Under the pieces are notes generated by a model. That model ran no database searches, was not told the origin of the DNA, and worked only from the letters and a program-made list of their open reading frames with translations. This document shows positions 13,363 through 27,600 of a stretch of DNA of 64,000 bases, piece after piece. The stretch's first letter is position 1. Each line of letters begins with the position of its first letter. The stretch is taken from the NCBI GenBank assembly GCA_964016885.1, contig OZ024742.1:137020001-137084000 (forward strand). The letters are read 5' to 3'. Origin of the DNA: Eledone cirrhosa (taxonomy: Eukaryota). The position numbers were made by a program, and so were the translations under genes.

Positions 13363-14046
13363 GATGCTCATGCTTAAATTTCAAGCGATAGCATTACTCG
13401 AAATCGATTGCAGCCATCATCTTGTATGTATGTATGTATGTTCTTCTGGTTTTATAATTTCACAAAGTTTTACCAATAGAGAGAGAGAGTCGGTTTCTAA
13501 CATAGACACAAGACTCTCTCATTGGAATTTACACAACATCAACTAGGTAGATATGTATGTATGCATGCATGTGTAGATATGGATGTTATTGTATGTGTGG
13601 ATGTGTATGTTTTGAGTTGTATGTGTGCATGTGTATATGCTTTGTATCTGTACATGTGTATATGCAATTATTAGATGCAACATTTTTGGAATGTTTTACA
13701 TATTTTTACTGTTCCATTAATGGATTGTACTTGTATGTATGTATGTATGTATGTATGTATGTATGTATGTATGAATGTTCTGGTTTATTATTTTATACAT
13801 CTTCACCAACAGAGAAAGAGAGCCGGTTCCTAACATAGACACAAAACTCCGTCACTAGAATATAGATAAGTTCAACTAAATAAATACGTATGTATGTCTG
13901 TATGTGTTTGTGAGTGTATGGAAATGTGTGTGTGTGTGTGTGTTTCCAGGTATCGACTTTATTCTATATGTGGACGCACATATATTTCTGATCCTATACA
14001 TGTGTATTTGCAGTTATTAAATGCAGTTATTATATTTAAAAAGTAT

Positions 14047-14234
14047 GGTGGTGGATTGGCAGTATCGGTAGAGTGTCGGACGCCATGCTTTCCAGCATAG
14101 TTACGTCCCTTTACGATCTGAGTTCAAATCCCGCCGAGGTTGACTTTGCCTTTCATCCTTACGGGGTCGATAAAATAAAGTACCAGTAATGCACTGGGTA
14201 ATTGCTGGCCTTGTGCCTAAAGTAGAAACAATTA
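14047..14234 (+). mobile_element. SINE family A, full length
   Basis: A-box-like tggcagtatcgg, B-box, core and tail are all present. Confidence 0.85.
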
Positions 14235-14309
14235 TATTTAAAAAGTATGTATATATCTATGCATGCATGTATATAAATGCGTGTGTATGTAGATATATAT
14301 ATATATATT

Positions 14310-14857
14310 CTAGGGCGGGTAAAATTCCCGAGATCCATGGCGAATTCCCTCCAGCGGTTTTTGTCCCTAATTATCGCTGCCATGTGCTGCGTCTCCAACA
14401 GACCAGTGTCTGTCCTTAGGGCATCAACATACATTAACCATGGTCTTCCTCTTCCAGTGTGTCCATGTAGGGGCTCCCACAGGAGCACTGAGTGCAATGT
14501 CAACTCTGGATGTCGGTGAGCATGTTTAGCTAACCTCAGTCTCCTCTGTGTCACTTTTGAGGTGACTTTTGGAAGGCTCCCATACAGCTCTGAGTTTTTC
14601 ATCCTCAGTGTATACTGATTAATGTTCAGAGCCATTCTCAGCATTCTCGTGTAGCACCCATCCACCATCTGAGTGAGTTTCTTGGTCAGTGTCCAAGTCT
14701 CAGACCCGTACAGCAGCACAGACGCCACTACAGCAATGAAGAGGCGGATTTTCAGGTCTTTACGAAGGATCGACTTCCACACCGATCTCAAGCTGTGGCA
14801 CGCCGCACAGGATTTGCTCTTCCTCTCAGCCACATCATATTCCGCATTCCCAATCTT
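14310..14857 (-). mobile_element. RTE-clade LINE 3' portion, 5'-truncated
   Basis: ORF 14159-14878: LKIRLFIAVVASVLLYGSETWTLT..DGCYTRMLRMALNI..QRRLRLA..LLWEP..GRGRP; inserted in TA-rich microsatellite. Confidence 0.85.
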
Positions 14858-15364
14858 TGTGTGTATATATATATACATGTATGTATAAGAGTATATATAT
14901 ATATATATATGTATAAGAGCACATATATATATGTATATGTTTTATTTAATATCAATTGTATATTATATATATATATACATACATACAGATAAACATATAA
15001 ATGAACTTACACACACACGCACACAATAAATACATGCACACACATGCATGCGTACGTACAAGTATACATTCATACATACATACACATCATACTTACTAAA
15101 CATACATACATACATACACATATACATACTTACAAACATTAATACATACATACATACTTACACATATACATGCATACATACAAAGATACATACATACATA
15201 CAAACGGATACAAGGGATGTAAGGTTCTGTTTGATAGACATGTAACATCAGTAGCTGACAAACAACAATTCTACATTTCTGAGAATGATATGATGGTAAA
15301 CAACTAAAGACATTCCTTAACTAACTGCAGCTACTACAACTACTGATCCGCTTGTTTTCTGCTA

Positions 15365-15399
<35 letters not shown>

Positions 15400-15448
15400 T
15401 CTGATGATGATGATGATGATGATGGTGGTGACGGAGCTACTGATAATA

Positions 15449-15634
15449 ATTGTTTCTACTTTAGGCACAAGGCCAGCAATATCACCAGTGCATTACTGGT
15501 ACTTTATGTTATCGACCCCGTAAGGATGAAAGGCAAAGTTAACCTCGGCGGGATTTGAACTCAGATCATGAAGGGAGGTAACTCTATGCTTCAAATCATG
15601 GCGTCCGACCCTCTACCGATACTGCCAATCCACC
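15449..15634 (-). mobile_element. SINE family A
   Basis: Reverse complement of 14047-14234. Confidence 0.85.
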
Positions 15635-16417
15635 AGTGATTATGATGATGAAGCTTATGTTGGTGGTGGTGATGGAGCTGCCGTTTCTGCTGCTGGTGAT
15701 AATAATGATTGTGGTGGTGATGGTGTTGGTGACGGTGTTGCTGCTGGTGATAACCTTGTTGATGATGATGATGATGGTGGTGGTGGTGATTCTGTTGCGG
15801 ATGATGATGATTGCGATATCTACACTGTTACTTAAGATAACGACGGCAACGAGTAGAAGAGAGAATATGATGTTTTCATTTCTTTTAATAAGATCATGAT
15901 AATGACGATAGAAAGATGAAAATAGAAAGAAATGGTGGTGGTGGTGGCGGTCTTGGTGGTGGTGGTGGTGGTGGAGAAGACAGAATACGGGATGTTTTAG
16001 ATTTTAATGGCGTCATTGTTTCTCATGATTTATGAGAGTAATGTCTAATTGTTTATTAGTACAATCAGCGTAATAGTTTGAAGAAAGCAGAGCACATCCA
16101 ATTAATGAATAACTAAGAAGACACATACCATACTTACATACAACCCCATTCTACATAAAAGTACCTAAACACACGTACAGACGCTTACACATATATATGT
16201 CTGTTTGTTTTTGTTTAAGCACTTAAGCTTATACCAATGAAATCATGCAAAAGTGTCCCCGAATTATTTTGTTTTGTTGGTATTATACATAAACAATGTC
16301 ACTATATTTCCTCTATTGTTCATTTGTAAACCTAAACAACTGAAGTGAATATACATGGCTTTAAAGACCTAAAATTCCACTGCTGTCACTAGTTCGCTTC
16401 TAGGCATTGTCCACTCC

Positions 16418-16474
<57 letters not shown>

Positions 16475-16947
16475 GTAATAATAATAAATTTGAAGACTAA
16501 AGTCCAAAGAGGATTCGATAAGAATAAATATATATCAAATATATAAGAACCCTAGAGCAAATATTTATTAAAATAACAGATTAAAGTTTAAGCAAAGAAT
16601 CGCTGCTTTCACCCTGAACGGGATCTTCTGACACTAAAAAAAAAATCAATCTATGAACGCAGAAGTAAATATTTCGAAAAACGTTGCAACCGAAGGAAAA
16701 CAGGAAGACGATACTTTGGTTCGTGGAAACTTTCCCTGGCAATGAACGAAGCGAAGATAATACTTCATTATGTGGAGCAATGTGAACAATCACACGCAAA
16801 GACAAAACCACGTTTATGGTATAAATGAAGTCGTAGACTGAAATTCTATTTAGGAAACCGGATGATATATATAAAATATAATTACAATTTTATTTCTCGC
16901 ACTAGCACAGCTGATACATAAATGTAACTATGCACAAGTACACATAT

Positions 16948-17088
<141 letters not shown>

Positions 17089-17228
17089 CAAATATATATA
17101 CATAATCATACGGTTATATTGTACATTAATAATAATGTTAGATTCGTTTGTAAACAACCGGCCCGATTTGAAGCTGTGCCTAGCCATTAACCTATCATCA
17201 CCTGTTTGTTCAACCCTGGCTTTGAGAA

Positions 17229-17271
17229 ACTATCAACATGTTTCTGGTTAATTAACCTTCACCAGGACTGT
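17229..17271 (-). ncRNA. Hammerhead ribozyme, left arm
   Basis: Minus: acagtc-CTGGTGA-aggtt aatt aacca-GAAAC-at-GTT-gatagt. Confidence 0.6.
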
Positions 17272-17373
17272 ATATCTCTGTTGAATGGTTGAACATATAT
17301 AGCTTTTTCTTAAGTATACATCGGCTGAGTATCCTAATTTGCATACCGAGGGACTTATGGATGGCAGAGGTAT

Positions 17374-17416
17374 ATAGTCCTGAAGAAGGGTAATGACCCA
17401 GAAAAATGTTGATTGT
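17374..17416 (+). ncRNA. Hammerhead ribozyme, right arm
   Basis: atagtc-CTGAAGA-agggt aatg accca-GAAAA-at-GTT-gattgt. Confidence 0.7.
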
Positions 17417-17510
17417 TCCTCAAAGCCATTGTTGAAGAAACAGGTGAGGATCGGTCACCGTCACGGCACAGCTTCAAATCGGGCCGTTTCTTTACAGAAT
17501 AATCTAACAT

Positions 17511-17688
17511 TGGCAGTATCGGTAGACGGTTGGACGCCATGCTTTCTAGCATAGTTACGTACCTTTACAGTCTCAGTTCAAATCCCGCCGAGGTTAACTT
17601 TGCCTTTCATCCTTACGGGGTCGATAAAATAAAGTACCAGTAATGTACTGATAATTGCTGGCCTTGTGCCTAAAATAGAAACAATTAT
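17511..17688 (+). mobile_element. SINE family A
   Basis: Matches the family A consensus. Confidence 0.85.
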
Positions 17689-17766
17689 TAGAGACAATTA
17701 TTCAATTGTTATTAGTGCTCGATATAACCCATACCTACATGTGTATATATATATGTGTGTGTGTGC

Positions 17767-17829
<63 letters not shown>

Positions 17830-17890
17830 GGTTTGAGGTTCACCACTTGATAGAGCTGGTCTATTCCGTATGGTCAATCGTAATGCAATA

Positions 17891-17933
<43 letters not shown>

Positions 17934-18296
17934 CGTGTGGTTCGCATGTGTACGTGTGTAAATTTACATTTATGTATCAGGCGTGCTAGGGCGAGAAATA
18001 AAATTCTAATTTTATTATTAATATTCGGCAAGGCCTGCCGAATATATATATATATACTGTTGTATAAGTTTGGTAGAAATATCCAAGGGTAAGAGCACTC
18101 AGTCCAGAGGACGAATATTTAAGCAGTCTTACTCTGAAGCCAGTTGTGAGAGTATATTCCACTTTTCTGAGTTATATTATCGAAAAACTTGTTCATTTAT
18201 AACTAAATTTGAAATTACCTGCCCTTGAAGGATATATATTTCTCTCTCTACCTCACACACTCTCACACTCGCACATACACACACGTACGTACATAA

Positions 18297-18332
<36 letters not shown>

Positions 18333-18333
18333 G

Positions 18334-18375
<42 letters not shown>

Positions 18376-18467
18376 CATGACGATGCATACACACACACAC
18401 ACACACACACATACACACACACATATATATATATATACTCAAGTTTATATGTAAACATTTATATATA

Positions 18468-18723
18468 TAGAAATGTAAGCTATCGCCGTATTGTGACTAA
18501 ATAAATTAAAGAAATTATTTAGCCTGATAGTGGGGTTAAGAACCCTCGGAGAAATGGAAAAATATGAGTATTTACTCATATTTTTCCATTTCTCCGAGGG
18601 TTCTTAACCCCACTATCAGGCTAAATAATTTCTTTAATTTTCCGAGGGTTCTTAACCCCACTATAAGGCTAAATAATTTCTTTAATTTCTTTAGTCACAA
18701 TACGGCGATAGCTTACATTTCTA
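18468..18723. repeat. Near-perfect palindrome (~103-bp arms, 2-nt loop) with an internal ~49-bp tandem duplication
   Basis: Centre gagta-tt-tactc at 18566-18577; 18592-18640 repeats at 18641-18688. Confidence 0.9.
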
Positions 18724-19206
18724 ATAATTTCAAACACACTCGCAGTTTCGAAAATATTCCTATTTATATATATGTTTAGCGAGCGTATGCACGCTTTATA
18801 ATTTTAGATTAAATTTCGCTCTTCACGGATAAATATTGAGTAGTGTGCCAACCATTTGCGGTAATTAACCAAGCTTCTGAAATACCCACCGTTAGTGTTA
18901 TAGACAAGATTCGCTTAAAATGTAGGGTCGCTATTTTCTCTTACATTCTGATGTTACATTTCATACACGTCCTTGCAGGATTTCTTGTATTCTAATAGAG
19001 AGAAGACAGTTAATTGAAATTATTAACACAATATATATGCATGCGTATATGCCTATATAATATGGTTATATATCTATAGCGTTACATACATTTATCTATC
19101 TATCCTTCATTCCATATATCTATCTATCTATCTAACTATACAAACACACACACATACACACACACACACATATATATATACATTAGTTATCAACATATGT
19201 GTGTGT

Positions 19207-19263
<57 letters not shown>

Positions 19264-19285
19264 AAGAATGTATATATGTATACAA

Positions 19286-19324
<39 letters not shown>

Positions 19325-20659
19325 CGCACACACACACATATATATATATTTATATATATATAAATATATATATATGTATACATATTTATATATATATATA
19401 TATGTGTGTGTTTGTTTGTGTGTGCGTGTGTGTAACAACATCAACACATATCAGCAAGTAAAAACAACCGTAAAAACTATATATATACATATACATATAT
19501 ATAGGTATATACACAATTAAACCTATGTACAGTACACACACATATGCTAGCTTGCACAGATATATATATATAATCTCATTATTGTTTTAGATTCAATTTC
19601 ACTATTCATGGATGAACAGAGAATATAGTGAACGAAGTAATTAGCAATGCTACTGCCGTTTCTCCGTTGGAACTAGGTCATATATATATGACATAGTCGC
19701 CAAATACACACCAACACAAACCCAACATCTGAATTTAGAAAAACATGCTACATACTACATGGCCTAAAAATAACAAATCATTGTTTATATGTGACTTTGG
19801 CCCTAGGAGAAGAACTATACGTAATATTGACGCACGCATGCGCACATACATAAGCAAGCACACACGCAATTATACAAGTATAAATAATCCTGCGCAGTCC
19901 TCGTTCATGATTCCATGCTGCTTAACTCATCCTATGAAAATATATAGATTGGCTTAGTGGTTAAAGAATATTTTTTTTATTATCGTGAAATGGGGAGTTA
20001 GATCTCCGACCGGTCAATGCATTATTTCCTTGAGCAAGAAACTTTATTTCACGCTGCTTCTTCTGCCAGGAGTAATGGCTACTTCATTAATCTCCAAATG
20101 TCAACACACTGTGTTACTAGAATTGTATGTGTGATGTTGGTTTTCAGCTTTTGGTTCGAAATATGGGGTCACAGATACTTCCTTATATGTATGAAGGTGT
20201 GTGTAACTTGTATTTATGTTGGTGCTGTTTTGGTGAGAAGAGGGTCTCTCTGAGTTTATTTCGCTGAGTGGTGATGTCTGATGTATTATGATTTGTGTGT
20301 TTGTTGATGTTATAGTCAGTGTGGCGAAAAGAGTAGTGAGGATAACGTTCCTGTTGATATATTTCGTTAGTACGTTCAGAACAATAAGTGTATCTCGCCC
20401 TTTTGGTTATTTTTCTAAAGGACGTCACCTACTAAAGAACAAAAATATACAACACGTGCACAAAGAATCAGAAGTGAGAATTTAAAAAGAGATAAAGCAA
20501 TTGGAAAGCTCCTGGGCATTGACATCGTCTGAAAATTCCACTTGAAATGCCAGCAATATGTAGCAGCAGCATTCAATGCAATAATAAGCAGACCAGAAAC
20601 AATACAGGATGATTGCTGGGGGTAAAATATAACCAATTGATTCCCTAAAAAAAAAGAAC

Positions 20660-22070
20660 GAAATAAACCCTGACAGCCCCCTGGTACCAGGCTTATAATG
20701 TTCTAAATGGTTACATCCATATTCGACAACAACCTACCAACTCTCATGGAAGATAATAGCATTTTTGCAGAGAAGCAGAATGTTGCTCGGAAAAGGGATA
20801 TTTGGTTGTAAAGAAAACCTACAGATGAAGTGATTTACTGTAGGAAGAACAAAGTAAACAAACTTGTATATACTAGAGAGACTTTTCAAATATAATGCAG
20901 CTTCGATACTAAAACGATATCACTACAAAATCCTGTGATAATGATATTTAACTTTAATTTAAGGTAATGATAATAACATTATATTCAGTTGTATACGTAT
21001 AGACAGACGGGACCCTCTTAGAGGGAATCTGTATCACCTCTAATTATCTGCTAAACTATGACACTGTTTGTTTATCTGAGGAATGAAACGACGAAAGTGT
21101 GTATGTAGTTAAAATTTGTTGTAAGCCGAAGACTCATCAGACCGATTCTTATCCCCGGTTTCATTGACGTTAAGCGACTAAGAATACAAAATTCTCGCTG
21201 GACAGGACACCGGTCTGTCACCAGTTTAACTCCCCAGCTACTACTGGTAATCACTCTCAACTGAGTTTACTAGAGCAACGCGAAATAAAATGTTTTGCTC
21301 AACAACGCAGCACCCTGTCCAGAAAACGAACTGACGACATTACAATCTCATGTCAAGCATCCTAACTATTTAGCTATGGCTGAGTACATATGCAAGGAGA
21401 AAATTATAATCTCGCACATGCCAAGAAACATTTAGAAGGCTCTAAATGTTGTTACCAGACACTGAGAAAACTGTAATACTCGCATACAATCGAACTTCTG
21501 AAATATGTTCGGTAGTGATGGACTGACTGACAACCTTCAGGATGAAGTTTTTAAAACAATTAACAATTGGCAACACTTTTACCGGAAACCCTTCTAAACC
21601 TTGTTTATCGTATCAGTAAAATACAGAAACAAGGAAGAGACTAGACAAATATTCAAGGTGGAAATAAACTGAAACAGAAAGCACGGAATTATGATCAGAA
21701 ACTAGGATCAAAAGATTCGAACAGAACATTCGTACCGATACATAAGAGATGAAGTCAAAATAATATTATAATATAGAATCTTTATAAATGCAAACAAATA
21801 AGATCAAAATGGAATTGTTAAAACAGCTCAATTGAAATTGAAAAGAATAAAATCTTCATGTTCAATATTCAATGACATGCAATAAGAGAGAGAGAGAGAG
21901 GGGGGGGGGGCATAGTCTTGAATAAAAGTGTAACAGGTTTTAAAAAGCCGGAAGTTTGACTTTAGCTACACAAGATCAAAGTCTTTCCACAAATAACTTT
22001 AAAAACAAAATATTGTACAATGTGGTTAATTTCATTTACATAATTTGCAGTCAGGACAATTTGACTTCAG
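20660..22070 (+). mobile_element. Heavily decayed R4/Dong-type LINE, interrupted by a SINE
   Basis: Remnants IFAEKQ..GCKENL (compare EQKG..GCKDQL) and LATQDQSLSTNNFKNKIL (compare ISAQDQCLPTKNYQANII at 60.3 kb). Confidence 0.5.
21120..21378 (-). mobile_element. SINE family B
   Basis: Similar to 7180-7450. Confidence 0.7.
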
Positions 22071-23124
22071 TACTTATCCTAAACGCCACTTGTCATTCTT
22101 CCTCACCCTCTCAACCTGAATTATTTGTGTTTTATGTTCTTTCCTTGCCTTAACATCCATTAGCAATCAGCAGGTGTCTACCTCTGGGTCAGTGTCAGTT
22201 ATTTTTCATTTGTGGTCTGTTCCATGAGGTTGCTCACTTTTTTAAATTAACAGTGGAGTGTCAACTGATCTCCACTTCATTTGGAAACCTCACCTCCAAT
22301 GTGCTATATATTTTCTCTCCCCTTATGTAGGTTTTGGTGCCCCAGATTTGCTTGAGGTAGTTTTCAATTTTGTCTCTTTGGGATCCCTCGAGCCTCGACC
22401 CCTTCGTGCCTATGTACTGCAGAAATTATTCCAGTGTTGTCAACAAGATTTGACCGATTCTAGTTACTAGCTAAATGGCCCTAGCAAACATCACGTTGAC
22501 TATTTGACCGTGTCGGATTCTCCGGTCACTTTGGCAAAATATAAGACGGTCATTGAGGTTGTAGTGTTAGGGGTAGCACGAGTTGTATTGGTAGCGTTTT
22601 TACCGCAATGTTACACACTGGCACGATAGTGTCTATGGTTGTGATGTTGGTCGTGGTGTTGGTTTTGTTGGTGGTGGTTTACCTTTTGTTATTATGGTTC
22701 TAGTTTAATTTGTTTTGCTTGTATGGTAAATGTTCATAGAATATTCTTCTGGCTGTTTTCTAGGTTCAAAATACACTTTTTGATCCTTCTCTTACTTTTA
22801 TTCTTTAGAGATGAGTATTCGGAATTATAATCATCATTTAGAAATACTATTTAGATTTTCTCTTCAGTGAGCGAAGAATATTGGAATTGCAGATTGAGTG
22901 GGGGAACCAATTTTTGCCAACATACTTTTGCTAAAATTTAGAGTTGTGCTTTTATTTAACATACAGATTTTCTCCCTAGGGGTCGAATTTTGAGAGTCGC
23001 TCTCTTTTCAGAATAATTTAACAAAATTTCAAAATGATGTACCTGACAAACAAATAAGAAGAAAAATGGAAGCTGAAGTGAAGGAAACAAGAGTATTATC
23101 ATCATCAACAACAATAATAATAAT

Positions 23125-23335
23125 GATTTCTACTCTAGGCTCAATGCCAGCAATATTTTGGGAAGGGAATGTCGATTAAATCGACCGTAGTGCATTAGGG
23201 GTGCTTTATTTTAACGCCCTCATAAGGATGGAAGGCAAATTTAACCTTGGCAGAATCTCAATACGTAAATGGCCGTAACTCTATGTTGTAAAGCGTGTTG
23301 TCCGACGCTCTACTGATACTGCCAACCCACCGCCC
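23125..23335 (-). mobile_element. SINE family A, diverged
   Basis: Reverse complement core and tail recognisable. Confidence 0.75.
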
Positions 23336-23425
23336 TTTTTTTAAGCATTAGCTTGTGTGGGAAACGAATACACATTTTTATTTCCGCGATAGATATGCTA
23401 ACCGATTAAGCCAAAACACCTACCC

Positions 23426-23479
<54 letters not shown>

Positions 23480-23645
23480 GGGAAGAAGACGCACGAGGTG
23501 ACGGAGGTCATGAAATCGCTCCCGTAAGTTTTGAATTTTTAACATATTTAAATCATTTGTGAAATAACAACTCTTAGTACAAATGCTACGTAAAGCACCC
23601 GGCTTGAGCCCCAAAAAAATTCGGACCCAAAATATATTGTTATAA

Positions 23646-24290
23646 GGCTCAAATATTCAAATATTCAACTTTGTATTGTACACTGTATATCCAAAAAAAA
23701 ATGGCTATAAATGGAAGAAGAAGAACCCCCCCCCCCCCTCCTCTCCTCTGGCTACACTATATAGGACAGCTAAACTCACCAACACCAGAAACTAGATACA
23801 CCACCCACCCCATCATCTGTGTACACTAAACACAACAGCATTTTCACCTTCACCGCCACCGCTCAATACGGCCATCATTACCACCACTATCCCATCACCG
23901 CCGCCACCACCCCTTGACTCCTTCACTGCTGCTGCCACCGCTACAGCACCATCACTACAGTAATACGGCTCAAATATTCAAATATTCAACTTTGTATTGT
24001 ACACTGTATATCCAAAAAAAAAAATAAAATGGCTATAAATGAAGAAGAAGAACCCCCCCCTCCTCTCCTCTGGCTACACTATATAGGACAGCGAAACTCA
24101 CCAACACCAGAAACTAGATACACCACCCACCCCATCATCTGTGTACACTAAACACAACAGCATTTTCACCTTCACCGCCACCGCTCACTACGGCCATCAT
24201 TACCACCACTATCCCATCACCGCCGCCACCACCCCCTGACTCCTTCACTGCTGCTGCCACCGCTACAGCACCATCACTACAGTAATACGG
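23646..24290. repeat. Recent tandem duplication, 2 x ~322 bp
   Basis: 23646-23966 and 23967-24290 are nearly identical. Confidence 0.9.
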
Positions 24291-24679
24291 TCGCATCACC
24301 GCCACCACTGCCTCGGTATCGACATCACCACCACCACTGTCTCAGTATCGCCAACGCCGCCAGTCTCTGCTGGCTACCACTTCCACATTATAGAATTCCT
24401 ACTACTAACAAAGAGGAAGGCATCAAAATATATAGATAGACTCAAAAGAAAAAAGAAAAAACAAACAACAAAAGCAGCACAGCAACAACAGTAAAAAACG
24501 AGAAAAACAGAGAAAAACAAAAACAAAAAAAGAAACCCCAAAAACGTAAAGAAAATAAGAATGAAGAGAGAAGCAGGCGGACGGACAGAGAAGAGGGGGG
24601 AAAAAGTAAAACTTAAAAAACAAAAACTAAGTCAGACATTCGAATACTACATTACAATGAAACTTATGCTTATTCATTT

Positions 24680-27600
24680 TTGGGGCCCTTTCTGCCCGTG
24701 TGTTTGTTTGTTTATGTGTGTCCGTATACAGCGTGGTGATAATGCCACACAAGGGCCAAGTGGGATGGCGGATCCACAGATGGCTATGTAAACATACATT
24801 CGCCAATCCTCGATAAGAGTGTTTAAATATCGAACATAAACAGTTCGAATAACGGTGAAATGGAGACTAGAACGTCATGTGACAGACTCTCACCCAACAG
24901 GTGCCCCCTGGCTCAGCAGCAGGAACCTGACTGTCAACCAAATACTGCTGATGTTGGAGGAAGAAGAAGAAGGAAAGGGGCCAGAACCAACTGGACGAAA
25001 GAATTGAATAGAACTGTTATGCAATGTTACCTGAAAAGTAACCCCAAGAAGAGGGGCTACAGGAGACGGATGCATAACATCTGGAACGAGATTGGTTTAT
25101 TTAAATTAGATGAACAAAAATTGGCCGGGCAGGCTCGGGTAATAAGAACTAATGGGTGGATAAGCGAGCTGGAACTGGAGGAACTGAGCAGAGAGAATGG
25201 CTTGGAGATGGCGGGTGTAGTATGCCAGACAAGCGAGCCGGCGGGAAATGAAGGTGAGGAGGTCCTGAGAACGGAGGAACCACCCGAAGCAGACAATGAT
25301 CTGAATACTGAGATAAATAATACCTGGAACAGAGATACGGCCACTGAGGAGATGAATGCTGACGGGCTAGGACAAGATTCGGTTGACATCCTAAATTTAG
25401 TGGTAGATGAGTTGAACAATGATAGTGGGAGACCTATGAACCTAAGATTTGTAGACAGGAAAAAGTTAAAAGAAACAACAGCTAAGGTAAACAAAGTCAT
25501 CCCATACCTTGAGGCGAGGAGTCTTCACCAGTGCAACAATATCCTCAAAGCAACAGCAAATACGGTGAGGAAACTACTTGGTATAAAAGCGAGAGGAAAC
25601 AACAGACAAGAAAGAGCAGAGCCGTGGTGGAAGAAGCGACTGAGTGGGCAAATCGGGGAAATGAGAAATGACATAGGAAAGCTTGAGTCACTACTGAATG
25701 GGACACTAAAAAACATAGGCACTAAAAATAGACTGGAAATAAAATACAAAACTAGGAGTAAAAAGCTAAATATTATCATAGAGGAATTGAAGCAACGCAT
25801 TGTAGCAAAGAGTGCCAAAATCAGGCGATACGAGAACAGAGTCAGTCAGTATAAACAGAACCGCATGTTCGACAACAACCAGAAGATGCTGTTTGGACAG
25901 CTTGAGGGGAAAGAAAGAGGCAACGACTTGATCCCTGGGGCGGAACAAGCTAAAACATTCTGGAGAGGAATATGGGAGCAGGATGTTAGACACAATGCCC
26001 AGGCAGGGTGGATTGAGACAGTACAGAGGGAGATCGGTGAGCAGGCACAGCAACAGACTGATTTGAGTATCACAGTTGAAACTCTTAAGGGGCAAGCCAA
26101 AAAACTAACCAACTGGAAATCACCAGGCCCAGATGGTGTGCAGGGGTATTGGATTAAACATTTAACATCCCTCCACCCGAAGCTGACGGCCATGTTCAAT
26201 GACTGCTTGGTGTCGGGTGAGGTGCCAGAGTGGTTGACAAAAGGTACCACAGTTCTGATAATGAAAGACCGAATCAAGGGTAATGATGTTACCAACTATA
26301 GACCTATCACATGTCTGCCCGTAATGTGGAAACTGTTGACGAGCATTGTGTCTGAGGAAATCTACCATCACCTCCACACAAACAACTTGTTGCCGGACGA
26401 ATAGAAAGGATGCCGAAAGAAGTCACGTGGTACAAAGGACCAGTTGCTTATTGATAAGATGGTAATGGGGAATTGCAGGAGGAGACACACTGATCTTGCC
26501 ATGGGATGGATAGACTACAGAAAGGCATTTGACATGGTGCCTCATTCTTGGATCACCAAAAGCCTGGAGATCTTCAGGGTGGCAGATAACATCAGACAGT
26601 TGCTGGGCAGGAGTATGGGGTCCTGGGAGACAGAGTTGACATCAACTGGAGTATCCTTGGGAAGCGTGAAGATCAAGAGAGGTATCTTCCAGGGAGATAG
26701 CCTGTCCCCTCTGTTGTTTGTCCTTGCCCTGATGCCCTTGACCATTATGCTGCGAAAAGTGAGAGCAGGATACAAGTTGGGAAGGGGAGAGCTTACCATC
26801 AATCACCTCCTCTTCATGGACGATCTTAAGCTCTTCGGGAAAAGTGAGAAGGAGTTGGATGTGCTTGTTGACACTGTCCGTATTTTCAGCAGTGATATAT
26901 GTATGCAGTTTGGTATTGATAAATGTGGAGTCATTGTGATGAGGAGGGGTAGGTTGAGCAGAAGTAACGGGATCCAGATACCAACAGGTGAGATGATAAA
27001 GGAAATTGACTCTGAGGAAGGATACAAGTATTTGGGCGTTCTGGAGGCTGATGGCATAAAGAACAAAAAAATGAAGGAATTGTTAAGAACTGAATACATT
27101 CGGAGAGTAAGGAGCGTATTGAAGTCACATCTGAACAGCAGAAATGCCATAAGCGCAGTAAATTCCCGAGCTGTGTCTATTATTAGGTACAGTGCGGGAA
27201 TTCTGAGATGGAATGTTGCTGAACAAAAAGAAATGGATAGGAAGACTAGGAAGCTATTGACTATCTACAACATGTTCCACAAGAGGAGTGATGTCGATAG
27301 ACTCTACCTAAGGAGATCTGAGGGTGGAAGAGGTCTTATCAGCATAGAGGACTGTGTTCAGATGGAGAAAAACAACCTATACAAATACGTGACCTATAGT
27401 AAGGAGCCAATGCTCAGAGCTGTACTGAAGGAGGGGACAGTAGGCCAGGGGATACCCAAGGAGGAAATAACATCAAGGAGGAAGAGCAGCCTTAAGGGAA
27501 AATCCCTTCATAGTACCTTCTTTGAGAAAACTGAATTTAGAGATCCACAGACATGGAACTGGTTGAGAAGAGGAGACCTCAAAAAGGCTACAGAAGGAAT

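Larger units (their letters stand above)
17134..17511. mobile_element. Inverted-repeat element with a hammerhead in each arm
   Basis: 17134-17280 is a diverged reverse complement of 17365-17511. Confidence 0.7.

Noticed and set aside
16595-16635. Minus-strand cagaaga-tccc..gggt-gaaagc hammerhead-like motif
   Set aside because: Core mutated and no convincing stem I or NUH.
26402-26404. Programmed stop readthrough in the Dong ORFs (also 60067-60069)
   Set aside because: The stops fall at non-homologous positions in the two elements, and the first replaces a conserved Gln by one transition; ordinary nonsense mutation is simpler.
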